The notes under the pieces: generated by a model | What the model was told of the DNA's origin: nothing | The model's input: the letters and a program-made list of their open reading frames with translations, nothing else | Databases searched by the model: none | Translations under genes and position numbers: made by a program | Assembly: GCA_964016885.1 (NCBI GenBank) | Contig: OZ024742.1 | Location: 187,178,001-187,242,000, forward strand | Direction: 5' to 3' | DNA from: Eledone cirrhosa | Lineage: Eukaryota | Length of the DNA stretch: 64,000 nt | Shown: positions 41,701 to 54,939 of the stretch, in pieces | How positions within the stretch are numbered: the stretch's first letter is position 1 | Layout of the letters: each line of letters opens with the position of its first letter

Positions 41701-41878
41701 TAATACATATCAACATTTTCTTTCCATCGCACATATTATTAAACCCTTAAATATTATTCTTAATATATATTAACATTTTCTTTCCATCGCACATATTATT
41801 AAACCCTTAAATATTATTCTTAATACATATTAACAATTTCTTTTCATCGCACATATTATTAAACCCTTCAATATACAA
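41701..41878 (+). repeat. 60-bp unit in three tandem copies within the PLE 3' UTR
   Basis: TAATA.ATAT.AACA.TTTCTTT.CATCGCACATATTATTAAACCCTT.AATAT at 41701, 41761 and 41821. Confidence 0.9.
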
Positions 41879-42230
41879 ACCTTAACTTTACATTTTTTCT
41901 CTTCGTTAATTTTCAAATTCTTTTAATTTATACATTATGTTCCAACGGTTTTTCAACCTCTCTATGTAAAACAATATATTTTTCTCAGTTATAAAAGCTA
42001 TCACTCTCTCTCTCTATCACCCATCTCTCCTCCTATCTCATCCTTCCTCATTATACTCCTCCCCCTCCACTTTTTACTCTCATCTCCTCCTCTTTTTCAT
42101 CCTTTCCACCCCACCCCCCTCAAAAACACTTTTTTCCCCAATATCACACATCAATCTAAAACTACTTTTCATATGTTGATTTAAAACTGCACTATCCACA
42201 AGTGTTTTTAACCTTCATATCATGTCTTCC

Positions 42231-42301
42231 TATTTTATCTGATGAAAACACAAATGTTATTGCATGATGATATTTGTTTTTGAAATGCGCATAATAAAAT
42301 A
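42231..42301 (+). ncRNA. Hydra-pLTR type I HHR
   Basis: TATTTTAT-CTGATGA-AAAC-ACAAATGTTAT..ATGATATTTGT-TTTT-GAAA-TGCGCA-TA-ATAAAATA; 8-bp stem I; palindromic ATGCGCAT stem III. Confidence 0.8.
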
Positions 42302-42367
42302 CATGGAACTCATTTAACCATCTTTTGATCTTATATATTATATATATATATATATATATATTATAAT

Positions 42368-42622
42368 ATATTTATTTTTGATCATACACGGTACGAAGGC
42401 TCTATCCAGAGCTTCAACGTCCAAATTTGACGATACCTCTAGAAAACAAGAGGGATCAAGATAGCGACCATTGTTCAGTCGCCAATATGAATTTATAATA
42501 CGGAGCATCTCATAAACTCATATTAGCGACATTGAGGCCTCTAGTTCACTGGAGGTATCGTCAAATTTAGTCCTTGAATCCTTGGCAGTACCTTTGTACC
42601 GTGTATGATCATAGATAAATAA
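42368..42622. repeat. Diverged ~85-bp inverted repeat (MITE or foldback-like)
   Basis: TGATCATACACGGTAC..AAATTTGACGATACCTC versus GAGGTATCGTCAAATTT..GTACCGTGTATGATCA. Confidence 0.65.
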
Positions 42623-42727
42623 TATAATATGTCTGCTCTCTTATTGATTGAGCACTTTTTCCTATTCCCCCTCACGCCTACGGATATTTCTACATACATA
42701 CACACACATACAAACACAAACAAACTC

Positions 42728-42825
<98 letters not shown>

Positions 42826-42944
42826 CAAAGCTATATATTGAGTTAGAAACTCAAAATAGTCTCTTACAATAAAATAGTTCTAGGAAAGAGATTTTTCCGA
42901 GCCGTATATCATAATTCAATATATGAATATAAAAGAGATAAACA

Positions 42945-43325
42945 CAGACATATACATATATGTGTTCAAATTGTAAGGGACCAGGTTCGCTAAGATGAAA
43001 AGAATATTAACTATGGACAATAGGGTTTGCCAGACTCAATTTAAGAATAAATCAAGAAAATAAATACAAACCGGAATTGTGGTAACTATCGATCACCCAT
43101 ATAGCGTTTGGCTTTGGTGTTTCGCAAATTGATTGTGAAGAGAAATTACCAATCCTTGCTCGTCAGTAGGTGAAAATTAGTAAACTCCTCATTTCTAAGA
43201 ATATCAGACAATTGAATAGTGTGCGAAATTAGAATAACGCACATGGCATCAGAACTTAGCGTGTCTCACAAAGTCACACCACTAAAAATAGCAGCCAAGT
43301 TTACTCGACATTTAAATTAGCTCTA
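42945..43325 (-). mobile_element. ORF-less HHR repeat, second copy; HHR at 43093-43173
   Basis: TCACCTA-CTGACGA-GC...GC-GAAAC...TA-TGGGTGA; stem III diverged. Confidence 0.7.
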
Positions 43326-43516
43326 TATATATATAATTGGTGTAGGATGCTTTGTAGAATCGAGTCATATCTGAGGATCTTGCATTTCAGAGTCAGGTTT
43401 GATCACTGCATCGATCGTTCCTGGAGCTGCTCGCCAGAGAAACGATTGTAATATGTCTAAAAAATCTTATTCGTCGGACTGCTTATTCTCCGTTTCTTAT
43501 GTGATACACAGACACA

Positions 43517-43553
<37 letters not shown>

Positions 43554-43649
43554 ACACACACACACACACACACACACATACATATATATATTTGTTATTT
43601 CTGTTTCCTTTTTACACACATACACATGTATATACACATACATATATAT

Positions 43650-43755
<106 letters not shown>

Positions 43756-43759
43756 ATGT

Positions 43760-43923
43760 GATAAGATACCAGATGGACAATAACGCACCAGAGTACTCGA
43801 TACTTGGGGTAGTAGAGTGGGTAATAGAGTGGGTAATAACAGATTAAGACGCCGACAGCTGACCTCCGGCCATTTCGACTGTTCTCTACCTGTCAAAACG
43901 GCCGGTGCTCAGCCGCCGGTGTC
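43760..43923. mobile_element. Foldback mini-element (relative at 49697-49830)
   Basis: Shared arm CCAGATGGAC.ATAAC.CACC.GAGTACTC.ATACTT.GGGTAGTAGAG; imperfect hairpin 43848-43923. Confidence 0.6.
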
Positions 43924-44034
43924 CTGAATCTGTTCATATATGTTTATACTCATTTACTCTTTTAGCTGTTCCAGCCATCCGGCTGAGACCATGCTGGTGT
44001 ACCGCCACTCTCCTGAGACCATGCTGGTGTACCC

Positions 44035-44111
44035 CCCACTCTCCTGAGCGTGAAATTAATAAACATTAATTGTACTGCCTCTCTGTTTTGTCCCTGTTCA
44101 AATTTTTCCAT

Positions 44112-44142
<31 letters not shown>

Positions 44143-44260
44143 CAAATTTAGACGGGAAGAAAACAGAGAGGCAGACAAGTAAAGGTTCACGCTCTTGAGA
44201 GTGTGGGTTTGGTGGGGTGGGGAACGACGTTTCAGTCATAAACCCTTCTTCAGGATAAAT
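44035..44260. mobile_element. Inverted pLTR-like pair around (TA)n with a degenerate minimal HHR
   Basis: 44035-44112 versus 44138-44205 inverted; minus strand CTGAAGA-AGGGTTTATGACT-GAAACGTC at 44226-44253. Confidence 0.5.
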
Positions 44261-44500
44261 AGGTTAGGGAGAGAGTTCCGAGGGTGTGTGGAAATACATT
44301 TAGAAAAAAGGGGGAAGGAGAACAAATAAAAATAAAAATAAAAATAAACGTAAAAATGAACATAGGAATTAACAATAAGATGAGCAAGTGGTGGAAGTGT
44401 GTGAGACGTGTAAGGGTGGTGGCGGGTGGAGTTGGGCGCGGGGGGCGGGGGGTCGAAGCGGGGAAGGCTGAAGGTGGTGTTTGTGTATGTGTGTAGCTGC

Positions 44501-44556
<56 letters not shown>

Positions 44557-45014
44557 CTATATAGTTACACATGTACGTAAACAACCGTTATAAATGTAAT
44601 ATCTATAGGCGACCATTTCATTAGAGATATTTTACGAAAATTACAAAAACAAAAATCAACTAATCAAAAGGCCAGATGATTATTACAATAATTGTTTCTA
44701 CTTTAGGCACAAGGCCACTACTACTATATTATACTATATATGATGATAGTAATGTGTCGAAATCTATGAATTTAATAACTATTCAATTATTCCTATGGTT
44801 TTTTTTTTAGATATAAATTCTATTTAAGTTTTAAATTATGAAATTTTATGAAGAATATTCAAGAAAATTAATAATTGTCTATGAGAGAAATTGATCGAAA
44901 AAATTTGGTCGATGAAGTTAATTATTTGCACCGAATATATTTTTGAAGTATACAATTTTTATTACTTTTAGTGTCCAAATGTCATTGATACACCTACACA
45001 TACAGGCGCGTGCG

Positions 45015-45109
<95 letters not shown>

Positions 45110-45281
45110 GTATGTATTTATATATAAATATATATATATATATATATCACGTATAATCTCACACATTCTCACACACTCTTTCTAAAACACGTGTATATAT
45201 GTGTCTGTGCTTGTGTATGTATATAAAGCTGTCAGTTTTTACGTATCTATATAAATATATGTTATATATATATATATATAC

Positions 45282-45348
<67 letters not shown>

Positions 45349-46125
45349 AGTGTTTGTGTGTATGTGTATATATAAATATATGTATGTATATATGCGGGTA
45401 TAATGTTCATTATATGTATAAACTCTCAAAAATAATATTCATTTCATGCCACTTTATAGCCTCAATAAAATTGACATTCACACACACATACACACACATA
45501 AACACATACACATACATGCACCACCACACACATACACTCAACCACAGAGAGACACACATATACAGGTACACACACAAACATTACAATTTATTTGATATTG
45601 ATTAGCGGATGTTTACAGCCACCCCTTAAAATTATGTCCATTATTTCAACACCTCATCTAGAGGTCAATAAGTATAAATTATTCTCGTGTCGCTACGATA
45701 TTATAACGATAATAGTACTGATGTTGATGTAGAATAGGTATGAATATCGATTTCGGGCTGATTCTTATTGGTGCTGTTAATGTGGTGACGTAAGCGGCTT
45801 TGATGACGGCAATAAGGCTAGTGCTAAGATTTTAGCGATAGTAGAGCAAGTCTACAAACATCTACATACCCACACATATTTACAGTGTGTGTGTGTATAT
45901 ATATATATATATGTATATATATATCTATATCTATCTCTCTATATATATACATATATATGCACGTGTGTGTGTGTGTGTCAACGAACCATAGGAAAACGAT
46001 AGAGTAAATGATAATATATATTTAACGCTTAATATAGTCGGAAAAGAAACTTAACTTTTCAGACTTTATACATTCATCAGAAGATAGAATGAGAGATAAA
46101 AAAAAATTGACTGATAGATAACAGT

Positions 46126-46297
46126 ATTGTTTCTACTGTAGGCACAAGGCCAGCAATTACCCAGTACATTACTGGTACTTTATTTTATCGACCCTGTAAG
46201 GATGAAAGGCGAAGTTAACCTCGGCGGGATTTGAACTCAGACTGTAAAGGGACGTAACTATGCTAGAAAGCATGGCGTCCAACCCTCTACCGATACT
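46126..46297 (-). mobile_element. SINE family 1
   Basis: Reverse complement of the 2172-2357 type. Confidence 0.85.
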
Positions 46298-46653
46298 TAC
46301 GAGGAAGATAGACAAGAACATAACAATCTCTAACGAGAGGAAAGCACGTGTGTGTTTAGTCAAACATTCTTAGGGAAGTTTGATCGCTTTAATTCAGTCA
46401 CCTATTCATTCCTGAACAGTATTGATGATAAACAATACAACAGAACTTATACATACATAATACACATTGAATTGTATTATGCTGGAACATATCAATACAA
46501 ACACCCACACAGATGGCGCTACGTCATCAGCTTCCAAAATTGATAGTTAAAGGCTTTCAAACATTTATTCGTAAACATGCCGTAAACGGTTAGATATACA
46601 AAATACACATACTTATATGTATACTGATATGTTGGAGCAAAAAACTTAATTTT

Positions 46654-46696
<43 letters not shown>

Positions 46697-47077
46697 CAGG
46701 GTGTCACAACAAATGTATACTCACTTTATTACCTCTACAGCTAATCAAAGTATGTATACATTTTTTTGGAACACCGATTATATAAATATATATGTGTGTA
46801 TGTTTATTTTTTTCTCCAAAAGTGCTGACTGAATACACACGTGTTTTTCTAAATTTTCTTTCGGTTCTTTCTTCTTCTCAGTCTCTAGTTTTCTATTTCA
46901 TCTGTTATCTCTCATTCTATCTCCCGATGAAGGACGTGTGTCAGAAAAGTTCAGAATCTTTTCCTATTATGGCAATCGTTAAACTAATATAATTCTTCAT
47001 TGATTGAACCGTGTCGTTTTCTGTGTTGTTCATGTTTACTTTTTGCACACACACACACACACACACAACACATACAT

Positions 47078-47137
<60 letters not shown>

Positions 47138-47900
47138 GTATAAATAAACTCATACATATTGAAATCACGGGCAAAATTTAAGATTTGAATTTCTCAATTT
47201 CTTTTTTAATGGATTATCTTTAATTTATTAGTTTGACTGATAGCAGCATCATATGAATAAATCATAGATTCAAACCGAACACTCACACACACATACACAT
47301 GCGCACTCACACATGCACACACGCACACAGTCATACACACACATGCATAACGCACGCACACTCACACGTACACAAACACACATGCACACGCACATGCAAA
47401 CACACACACTCACAGGCATACACACATACACACACAATCACATATAAATGGCGTTAAATATCAGTAAATAGCAATAAATACAGAACCATCGTATGAATAT
47501 GTCAGGATAAATAATTTATTAAGACAATGAATATCTCGCAGAAATCATTGGTTCTTTTATACACCATTCCTGCATGAGTATATGTGTGTATCTGTGTGTG
47601 TGTCTGTATATATCCCTGTGTGTTTTTGTGAGCGTATCTATGTATGGAGGTATGTATGCATCGAAACCAAGTTGATACGAAATCTGCCCTTGTATATATA
47701 TAAATATATATATATATACAATACGTAAACAGAGACAGCCTTAAGCGATACTCTGACCAACTCCATATCACTCAACAACCATTAGGATATACCTAAGTAT
47801 TTTCCCAATTTAGTGTTTGGGGTGCTAACTAATCAGTATTACGTGGATAGCTGGTTGTATTATTTGATATAAGACATTATTAAATAAATATCTCTTTCCT

Positions 47901-48024
47901 TCCAGACGGCCGTTTCGTTATAAGATTTCTACAATTTGGGATAAGTAATTTCCAGGTTATGTAGAAACTTGAATATAATGTATAGTTTTATACACAAGTG
48001 GGCTCTTATAAACTCATCAGTGGA
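47901..48024 (-). ncRNA. Type I HHR with a greatly extended stem II
   Basis: TCCA-CTGATGA-GTTTATAAGA...(~80 nt)...TCTTATAAC-GAAA-CGGCCG-TC-TGGA. Confidence 0.75.
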
Positions 48025-48340
48025 TGCCCAAATAATATCGATATTAGAATTTTATCGACATTAATAGATTGGTGATGGTCTTCCTCAGCGCTAAGAAGAG
48101 ACTGGTAGATTAGAAAATCCAGCAGTCCCCCAAAGATAAAATACACGCTGTCCCCAAGAGGGTAAAGGGAGATCATCTTAAAATAAAACAATATACACGC
48201 TGGTCATTTAAACCTGTTAGGTATTAACCACGTGTATAAGAATTCAATTGGATATTAAAAGAATAACTATATGTATACACAACCAATGCACACACTAACA
48301 TATTAAAACATAATAAATACATGTATATATATACATATAT

Positions 48341-48374
<34 letters not shown>

Positions 48375-48376
<2 letters not shown>

Positions 48377-48434
48377 TGACCGTTGTTTTTGGAGGCCATC
48401 ACTATCTTGATGGCCTCCAAAAACAACGGTCAAT
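48375..48434. repeat. Perfect ~27-bp-arm hairpin next to (TA)n
   Basis: ATTGACCGTTGTTTTTGGAGGCCATCA-CTATCT-TGATGGCCTCCAAAAACAACGGTCAAT. Confidence 0.85.
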
Positions 48435-48632
48435 TTTTTAAAAGGGGTACGTCAATGTCTATTTATAAAACTGTTATATATTGTATTTTGTCTGATGAAG
48501 GCATACCATACTGTAACTTGGTATCCTTGAAATATATATAATGAAATAAATATGGTTTTATAAATATAGTTTCCATTTATTAATATCGTATATATATATA
48601 TATATATATATGTATATGTGTATATGCATATA

Positions 48633-48682
<50 letters not shown>

Positions 48683-49267
48683 ATATATATGCATATATGC
48701 ATATACACATATACATATATATATCTGATGAAGGACTAAATGTATTCATATGTAACCCATTTGCAACCACGCAGCACGCCATGTTTTCATATTTTTCATA
48801 TATATTTTCCTCCGCTGTGACACGTCTGTTTCTTTCTTACTGCTTCCCATTTTCTCTGTATCTCTCACTTCCTTTTACCCCCTTTGACAGTCACTCTTTC
48901 TGTTAGCCCCTTCCTCACACTTTCACTCACTCACTCTCTGCTACTCCCTCTCCTACTTCACCCCGTTTGACCTGTGCGAAATTCTTTCCTCACTCACACT
49001 TCGACCAGGTCGGATGGCCTTTATTCTCTCTCGTCAACGATTTCACAGAACTTATGTTCATCGATTTCAGGGACTTGACTCATTCTTCCTCACTTTTCGT
49101 TACATTACCATCTTTGTTTGTTTACTGTCACGCTCGTTTCCCCTATTTACGTGTCCCAACAACTGTCTTTAGCCGTTGCTCGCACCAACCAGAGGTATAT
49201 GATCTGTAAAGCGATGAAATACCAATGAAGGCTGGAAGATCACTGATGAAGGACTAAATTTATTTAT

Positions 49268-49335
<68 letters not shown>

Positions 49336-49386
49336 ATATACATACATACTTATATATATACATACATACATACATATATATATAAT

Positions 49387-49550
49387 AATTGTTTCTACAT
49401 TTGGCACAAGGCCAGCAATTTTACCAGTGCATTACTGGCACTTTATTTTATCGACCCCGTAAGGATGAAAGGCAAAGTTAACCTCGGCGGGATTTGAACT
49501 CAGATTGGAAAGGGCCGTAACTCTATGCATCAAAGCAGGGCGTCCGACCT
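49387..49550 (-). mobile_element. SINE family 1
   Basis: Reverse complement of the 2172-2357 type. Confidence 0.85.
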
Positions 49551-49696
49551 ATATATATATAATAATAATAATAATAAGTTGACGGATCTACCATGGGTTT
49601 CACTGTTAGTACCGGTTGCATCTCAGGGTACTCAATAGGTAATGTTAAGTAAGCTCCCAGAGTAGACACATAGTTATATATGTATATGTATATATA

Positions 49697-49830
49697 TAGG
49701 AAAATGTATGACCTCGACGGCAGAGCTCAAGCCGTTTCGACGTCGGGGTCATACATTTTCCTACTAACCCCTCTACTACCCTAAGTATTGAGTACTCCGG
49801 TGTGTTATGGTCCATCTGGTTCCTTACCAC
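49697..49830. mobile_element. Foldback mini-element with an HHR 3' half
   Basis: 23-bp inverted arms 49697-49763; minus strand GAAA-CGGC-TTGAGCTCT-GCCG-TC forms stem III, but no CUGAnGA is present. Confidence 0.6.
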
Positions 49831-50181
49831 AACTCCTTTGTTATGTATATATGTGTGTGTAGCCTCTGCACACCCTCTGCACCCAACTATCGACGCGACC
49901 CCATCTATGGCTCAACTAACCATTCAACTCCCGGTAATGAATATGACCACAACTAGTAAACAAGGACCCACACCCCACCCTCCCGCACCAAAATTAGACT
50001 TATCGTCCCCTGCTTTTGCTCTTTACTCTCTTTACACTTTGTTCTTGAATGTTTGGTTGGTAGAGTCCATAACACCAATCAAACCCCTTTTATAGCTCCG
50101 AAGAACCCTACGGTTACGTAAGGAAGAAACATTGTAAGCCAATAAAATTCTTTTGATGTTGTAGACGCTCTTGTGTTCTTT

Positions 50182-50250
<69 letters not shown>

Positions 50251-50347
50251 ATATATATATGTATATATGTATGTATGTAAAGGAAATGTTTGGAACTAGA
50301 ATCGTCGCTGTAAAATTCACTACATAAATATAGTCTAAATATAGTCT

Positions 50348-50458
<111 letters not shown>

Positions 50459-51448
50459 AAAATATAGCCACTGCACACCTATGCAGATAACTATAATGCT
50501 AGTTGTTAACTATAAATAATTGTGTTATAAATCTGGTAAAGTATTCCTGCTGAATCGAACCACGCCTCTCTCGTATGCCGGGTGAGCTCGTTTAACCACA
50601 ACGCGTAATGCAAATATATGTCAAACGTTTGACACACACACAGGCCACATGTAAACCTTAACTGCGCGTCTAAATTCATTTGCTTAAGGCGATTATGTCA
50701 CTAATATGCTCTACATCTATAATTATAAATATATTGAAGTTAGGTACTTATGGGAAATGAATAAATAAAGAGAATTGAAAGCGTACTATGGATATAATAA
50801 ATTATTTAATAATATATATCTTGAGATGAAATGATTCTTAACTAAAGTATTTACTAATGTGAACTGGTTTAAACAATATTAATTGTAAGATTGCATTTAC
50901 TCTCGGCCCAAATAATAGCGGGAGGGGGGGGGCAGCAATAAGTGAGGGTGGGGTGGAATAAAGGGGACAGTTGGAGTAAGCGGAGGTGGATTGGGGTGGA
51001 ATAAACGGTGAGTTGTATTAAGCGGGTGAGGTGGGAGGGGTAGAAAATCGGTAAATGTTCTAGGTGGTCTCCGTTGATCTTTTTAAAAGCCAGAATAGGT
51101 CATTTTTTGAGACCCCCAACTCATCCTATTTATTTTATAACGTATGAGACTTCTTGTAATGAGCTTGGTTTTTCATGTATAATGTATTTTTTATGTCTAA
51201 AGAAAATTAATTGCTGCAGGAATGCTACCATTGAAAATAAAATTTCGTCAGAAGTAGATTAGTAAAATTTAATATGGCTATTGGAGTAAAAGTTGGAGGT
51301 GGGCAGGGATGAAAAACAGTCTAAAAATTAATAAGTGGTCGGGTAGTGGTGGCGATTATTCGAGACCCGACAGTATATGATGAGTTCGATCTTCTGTGTA
51401 CCCGGCTTAGAATAATTCACTCTATCCATGTCGTAAGGGGCAACTAAA

Positions 51449-51565
51449 GGGTACTTTATTTTATCGATCCCTGGAGGATAAAAGGCAAAGCTAACCTCAG
51501 CGAGATTTAAACTCAGCGTGTAAAGAGATGTAACTAAATGCCACAACCATTTTACCCGACATTCA
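51449..51565 (-). mobile_element. Diverged SINE family 1
   Basis: GGTACTTTATTTTATCGATCC..AAAGGCAAAG.TAACCTC.GCG.GATTT.AACTCAG. Confidence 0.7.
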
Positions 51566-51919
51566 AGCAATACCACCAAACCACACCCCACCCTCATATC
51601 CTTTCTACTACTAATATTATCTCACTTTGCATGGCTGACCTGAAACCTGGATTGGTTTACCGCTATCGAGCCTTCAACGCCATCAAACATTGCAAGCAGG
51701 CTGAGATAAAACAACTCCGGCTTTGCTTCGTAATCTCCTTGTTTTATTATTTCCAAGCGATAAACCAGGTAATATCATTTAAGTAGCTCCAATTCCGCAC
51801 ACCACTCCTATTGATCTTCCGTTTCGGAAATTTTCCTACAGGGAGAAATACTATATCAGTCGTACTGTTTAGTGTTTTGATTGGCTTATAATAGCAAACG
51901 GCTTTCTTTCTACTTCGTA

Positions 51920-51986
51920 ATTTTGTTATTGTTGTTGATGTTATTGTTGTCATCGATGTTGTTGTTGATGTTGTTGTTTTTGTTGC

Positions 51987-52023
<37 letters not shown>

Positions 52024-52175
52024 CTTCTTCTTCTTCTTCTTCTTCTTCTTCTTCTTCTTCTTCTTCTTCTTCTTCGTTTTCTTTTTTCTTCTTCGCCTCC
52101 CCCCCTCCTCCTCCTCCTCCATCATCACCACCACCTCCATCACCACCACCATCATGATCATGATCATCACCATCT
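51920..52175. repeat. Compound (GTT)n-(CTT)n-(CCT)n-(CAC/CAT)n microsatellite
   Basis: Directly visible. Confidence 0.9.
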
Positions 52176-52924
52176 CTAAAACCAATCGATTCTCTCTACA
52201 TATAAACTATATATCATTACCCTATACTCATCACACACCGCACACCTAATAGAAGAGTCTTTGACTTCAAAATGTTTTAAAAGCCATACAATATAAACAA
52301 CTGTAGATATTTTCTAAGAGATAAAAGGAACTTTCTTAGTTTGAAGGTCCCTTGTTCGTTTGTATCGCATCATTTCTCACACTGATTTGGCCCTGTGTCT
52401 TAACTATACCAAGTTACAATCTCACCTCACATCACTGCATCATAGTACTGACGGCAGACGATTTAAGAGCAGAATGAAAAGCAATTCCCTGGTGAGGGTG
52501 ACAATCTAATTAGCTGAGATTTTTCTTAATGTTTCACACTGTTCAGATCAAATATCAGCACAGAGGAATGAGCAAATAAATAAATAAATAATAAAGCAAT
52601 GGGCGAATGAATGCATAAATAAATAAGTTAATCAATTAGCTAATGAGGTGAAAAGTCACAAGCATTTATGTTTTCTAATTAATGTTGCTGCTGGTTGTAG
52701 TATTAACTTTCGTCAGACAGCTGCATTTACATCTTTCTTAGGCGCAATACCATCCAGCGTGTCAGCTAGAACATTTATGCATAGGTCTTAAAGCCCCTAA
52801 GAGGTCGTACAGGCGCTTACATATGACATATCCTAGGCATTTAACCCTTTCGTTATGTTATTTCTAAAGAAAGACACTTCTTATGATTTTCACATAATTT
52901 CGAAAATAATTTCTTTCTCTGGGA

Positions 52925-53255
52925 TGCCACGTAGAGTGACACATTCTCCAGCCGCAACCTGGTACAATCTGTGAGTACCCCAGGCCCTGCTGCACTTCGG
53001 GTCGAGGAGGGTAAACTCTCCAAATATCGGTCGCTCTCCGACAGGTTTGCGGTCGAGCCCGTAGCAGTAGAGTCTTCTAGCGTCCTTGATCATAAGACCA
53101 CTTCCCTACACGCCACCATCGGCACGGATTTGGCAACCCACAGGTATGACCCACGCAAGCTAGAATGAATCTTTCAACACGTCTCCCTCACCATCTTTCG
53201 GGGAAATGCCTTCTTTACTCTGTCTGCCGGGGCCGCTAGGCGGGTAACGTGTGGG
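52925..53255 (+). mobile_element. 3' fragment of a CRE-like element (related to 62740-64000)
   Basis: GPAALRVEEGKLSKYRSLSDRFAVEPVAVESS..TIGTDLA matches KLLKYRSLSDRFPVVPLSVEISG..TIGAELA. Confidence 0.75.
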
Positions 53256-54064
53256 CCCCGATTTACTTATAATAGTGAGAGATGAGGAGAGCGAGAGAAC
53301 AGCTGGGAGTGACAATGGGAATTTGATTCCATTATGTTCAGACCTGATGTATATGTCTTCGATCACATCTCATGTTTCAAACAATTTAAACACCCACACT
53401 TACTATGATCAATAATCTGGTGGTATTAAAATATAACTATCTCTCTCGATATTGGAACATATTTTAACAAAGGCTTTACATAAAATCGTGATGGAATATT
53501 TTAGATGCTTTAGGCAGTTATTAAAATATTAAACCTTGCAGAGAGAAAGTAGGAGAAAGAAAGTTAGAGCGAAAGAGAGAGAGATAGAACATGTGTGTGT
53601 ATTGTTCAACTACACAACACATAGTTCGGTCTAGGAATCGAACTCACGACCTTCCTATCGGAAGTGTAACAGTTTATCCACATTTATTTGTACGTCATGG
53701 ATAGTAGGAAATCGCTTCACCGTTTCAAAATATTTAACTTCTTTCTCCATACCATTTCTGAGCAACTTGTTTCATCAAATATTTATATGAAAACGAGGCA
53801 TTTTTGATGCAACGAAACAACGAAAGTTATTTTTGACGCGACATAAAATTAATTTAAAAAAAAAATTCCATCTCAAAATAAAATAATATTTCCGGCACCA
53901 GCAGGAAGATGGTGTATTTATTTTAATTGTTATTTTTATCCCCAGAGGAACAAAATCTATTGAAAGTGAAAATGTTACTGTCTAACTTTCTTTAAGCCCT
54001 GGAAATATATTTTTGAAATGATTTCTGAAAATGTTACTTATTTTGAAAATCCATTGTCTCAGTA

Positions 54065-54338
54065 CAGTCTAAAGTCTGTCTTAAGCCATAAGGCTCATTT
54101 GACCGGTGCTTATCCTATTTCATGGCGTGAAGCGACTGAGAGTACAAGACTCCCCCTGGACAGGACGCCAGTCCATAGCAGGGTTAAACCTCCAGCTATT
54201 GCTGGTACTCATTTTCAGCTGAGTATACTGGAGCAACGTGGAATGAAGTGTTTTGCTCAAGAACACAACACGCAGCCCAGGAATCGAACCCAGGACATTA
54301 TGATCGTAAGTCCAACACTCTTACCACTAGGCCACATA
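54065..54338 (-). mobile_element. Full-length SINE family 2 (tRNA head, central domain, LINE-like tail)
   Basis: TGGCCTAGTGG A-box, GGTTCGATTCC B-box, CTTGAGCAAAACACTT central motif, tail GCTTCACGCCATGAAATAGGATAAGCACCGG..GAGCC..CAGACTTTAGACT. Degenerate heads at ~33095-33210 and 53590-53680. Confidence 0.85.
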
Positions 54339-54459
54339 GCACAGATATTATTTCATTCAAAATACCAAGGCAATAGGTACTTTTATTATATCCACACAAA
54401 AACTGTAGTGGATTATCGGACAAAACATTTTTTGAGTTATTTCTTCCGACCCATTACGA

Positions 54460-54700
54460 TGTGTGTTCAAATCCCGCCGAGATCAACTTTGCTTTTGATC
54501 CTTCCAGAGTCGATACGATAAGAAACCGGTTGAGTACTGTGGTTGATTTAATCGATTTCCACCTTCCACCCAAAAATCGCTGGCTTTGTACCTACCAGGG
54601 TTGGAAAAACAAAGAACACGTCATCTACTAGGGTCGATTTAATTGACTCCATCCCCACCCTCTTTCAAAAATTGCTGGCCCCGTGTCTAAACTAGCAACC
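54460..54700 (+). mobile_element. Diverged SINE family-1 relatives
   Basis: GTTCAAATCCCGCCGAGATCAACTTTGC..GTCGATA..GCTGGC; further fragments at 55145-55200 (+) and 56340-56412 (-). Confidence 0.6.
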
Positions 54701-54906
54701 AGTGTTAAGACTACAAAACGGAAAATAGATCAAGTTAATTGTCTTTTTCGGCATCTATGCTAGAATTAGCATAGCCTTCAGTTAACCAATATCTTCGTAA
54801 ATAAGATTCGGTAGGAAGAAACTAAACTATGCAGTAGTCGGGCAAATATATGCACAAACAAACACGCGCACATATGTATATATATATATATATAAATGTG
54901 TGTGTA

Positions 54907-54939
<33 letters not shown>

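Larger units (their letters stand above)
38540..42335 (+). mobile_element. Hydra-like PLE copy A: inverted pLTR, ORF, ~1-kb 3' UTR, pLTR
   Basis: 38600-38737 is essentially the reverse complement of 42196-42333; ends in (TA)n. Confidence 0.9.

Noticed and set aside
54265-54338. tRNA-like sequence with A and B boxes
   Set aside because: It is the head of a multi-copy SINE and continues into SINE body and tail.
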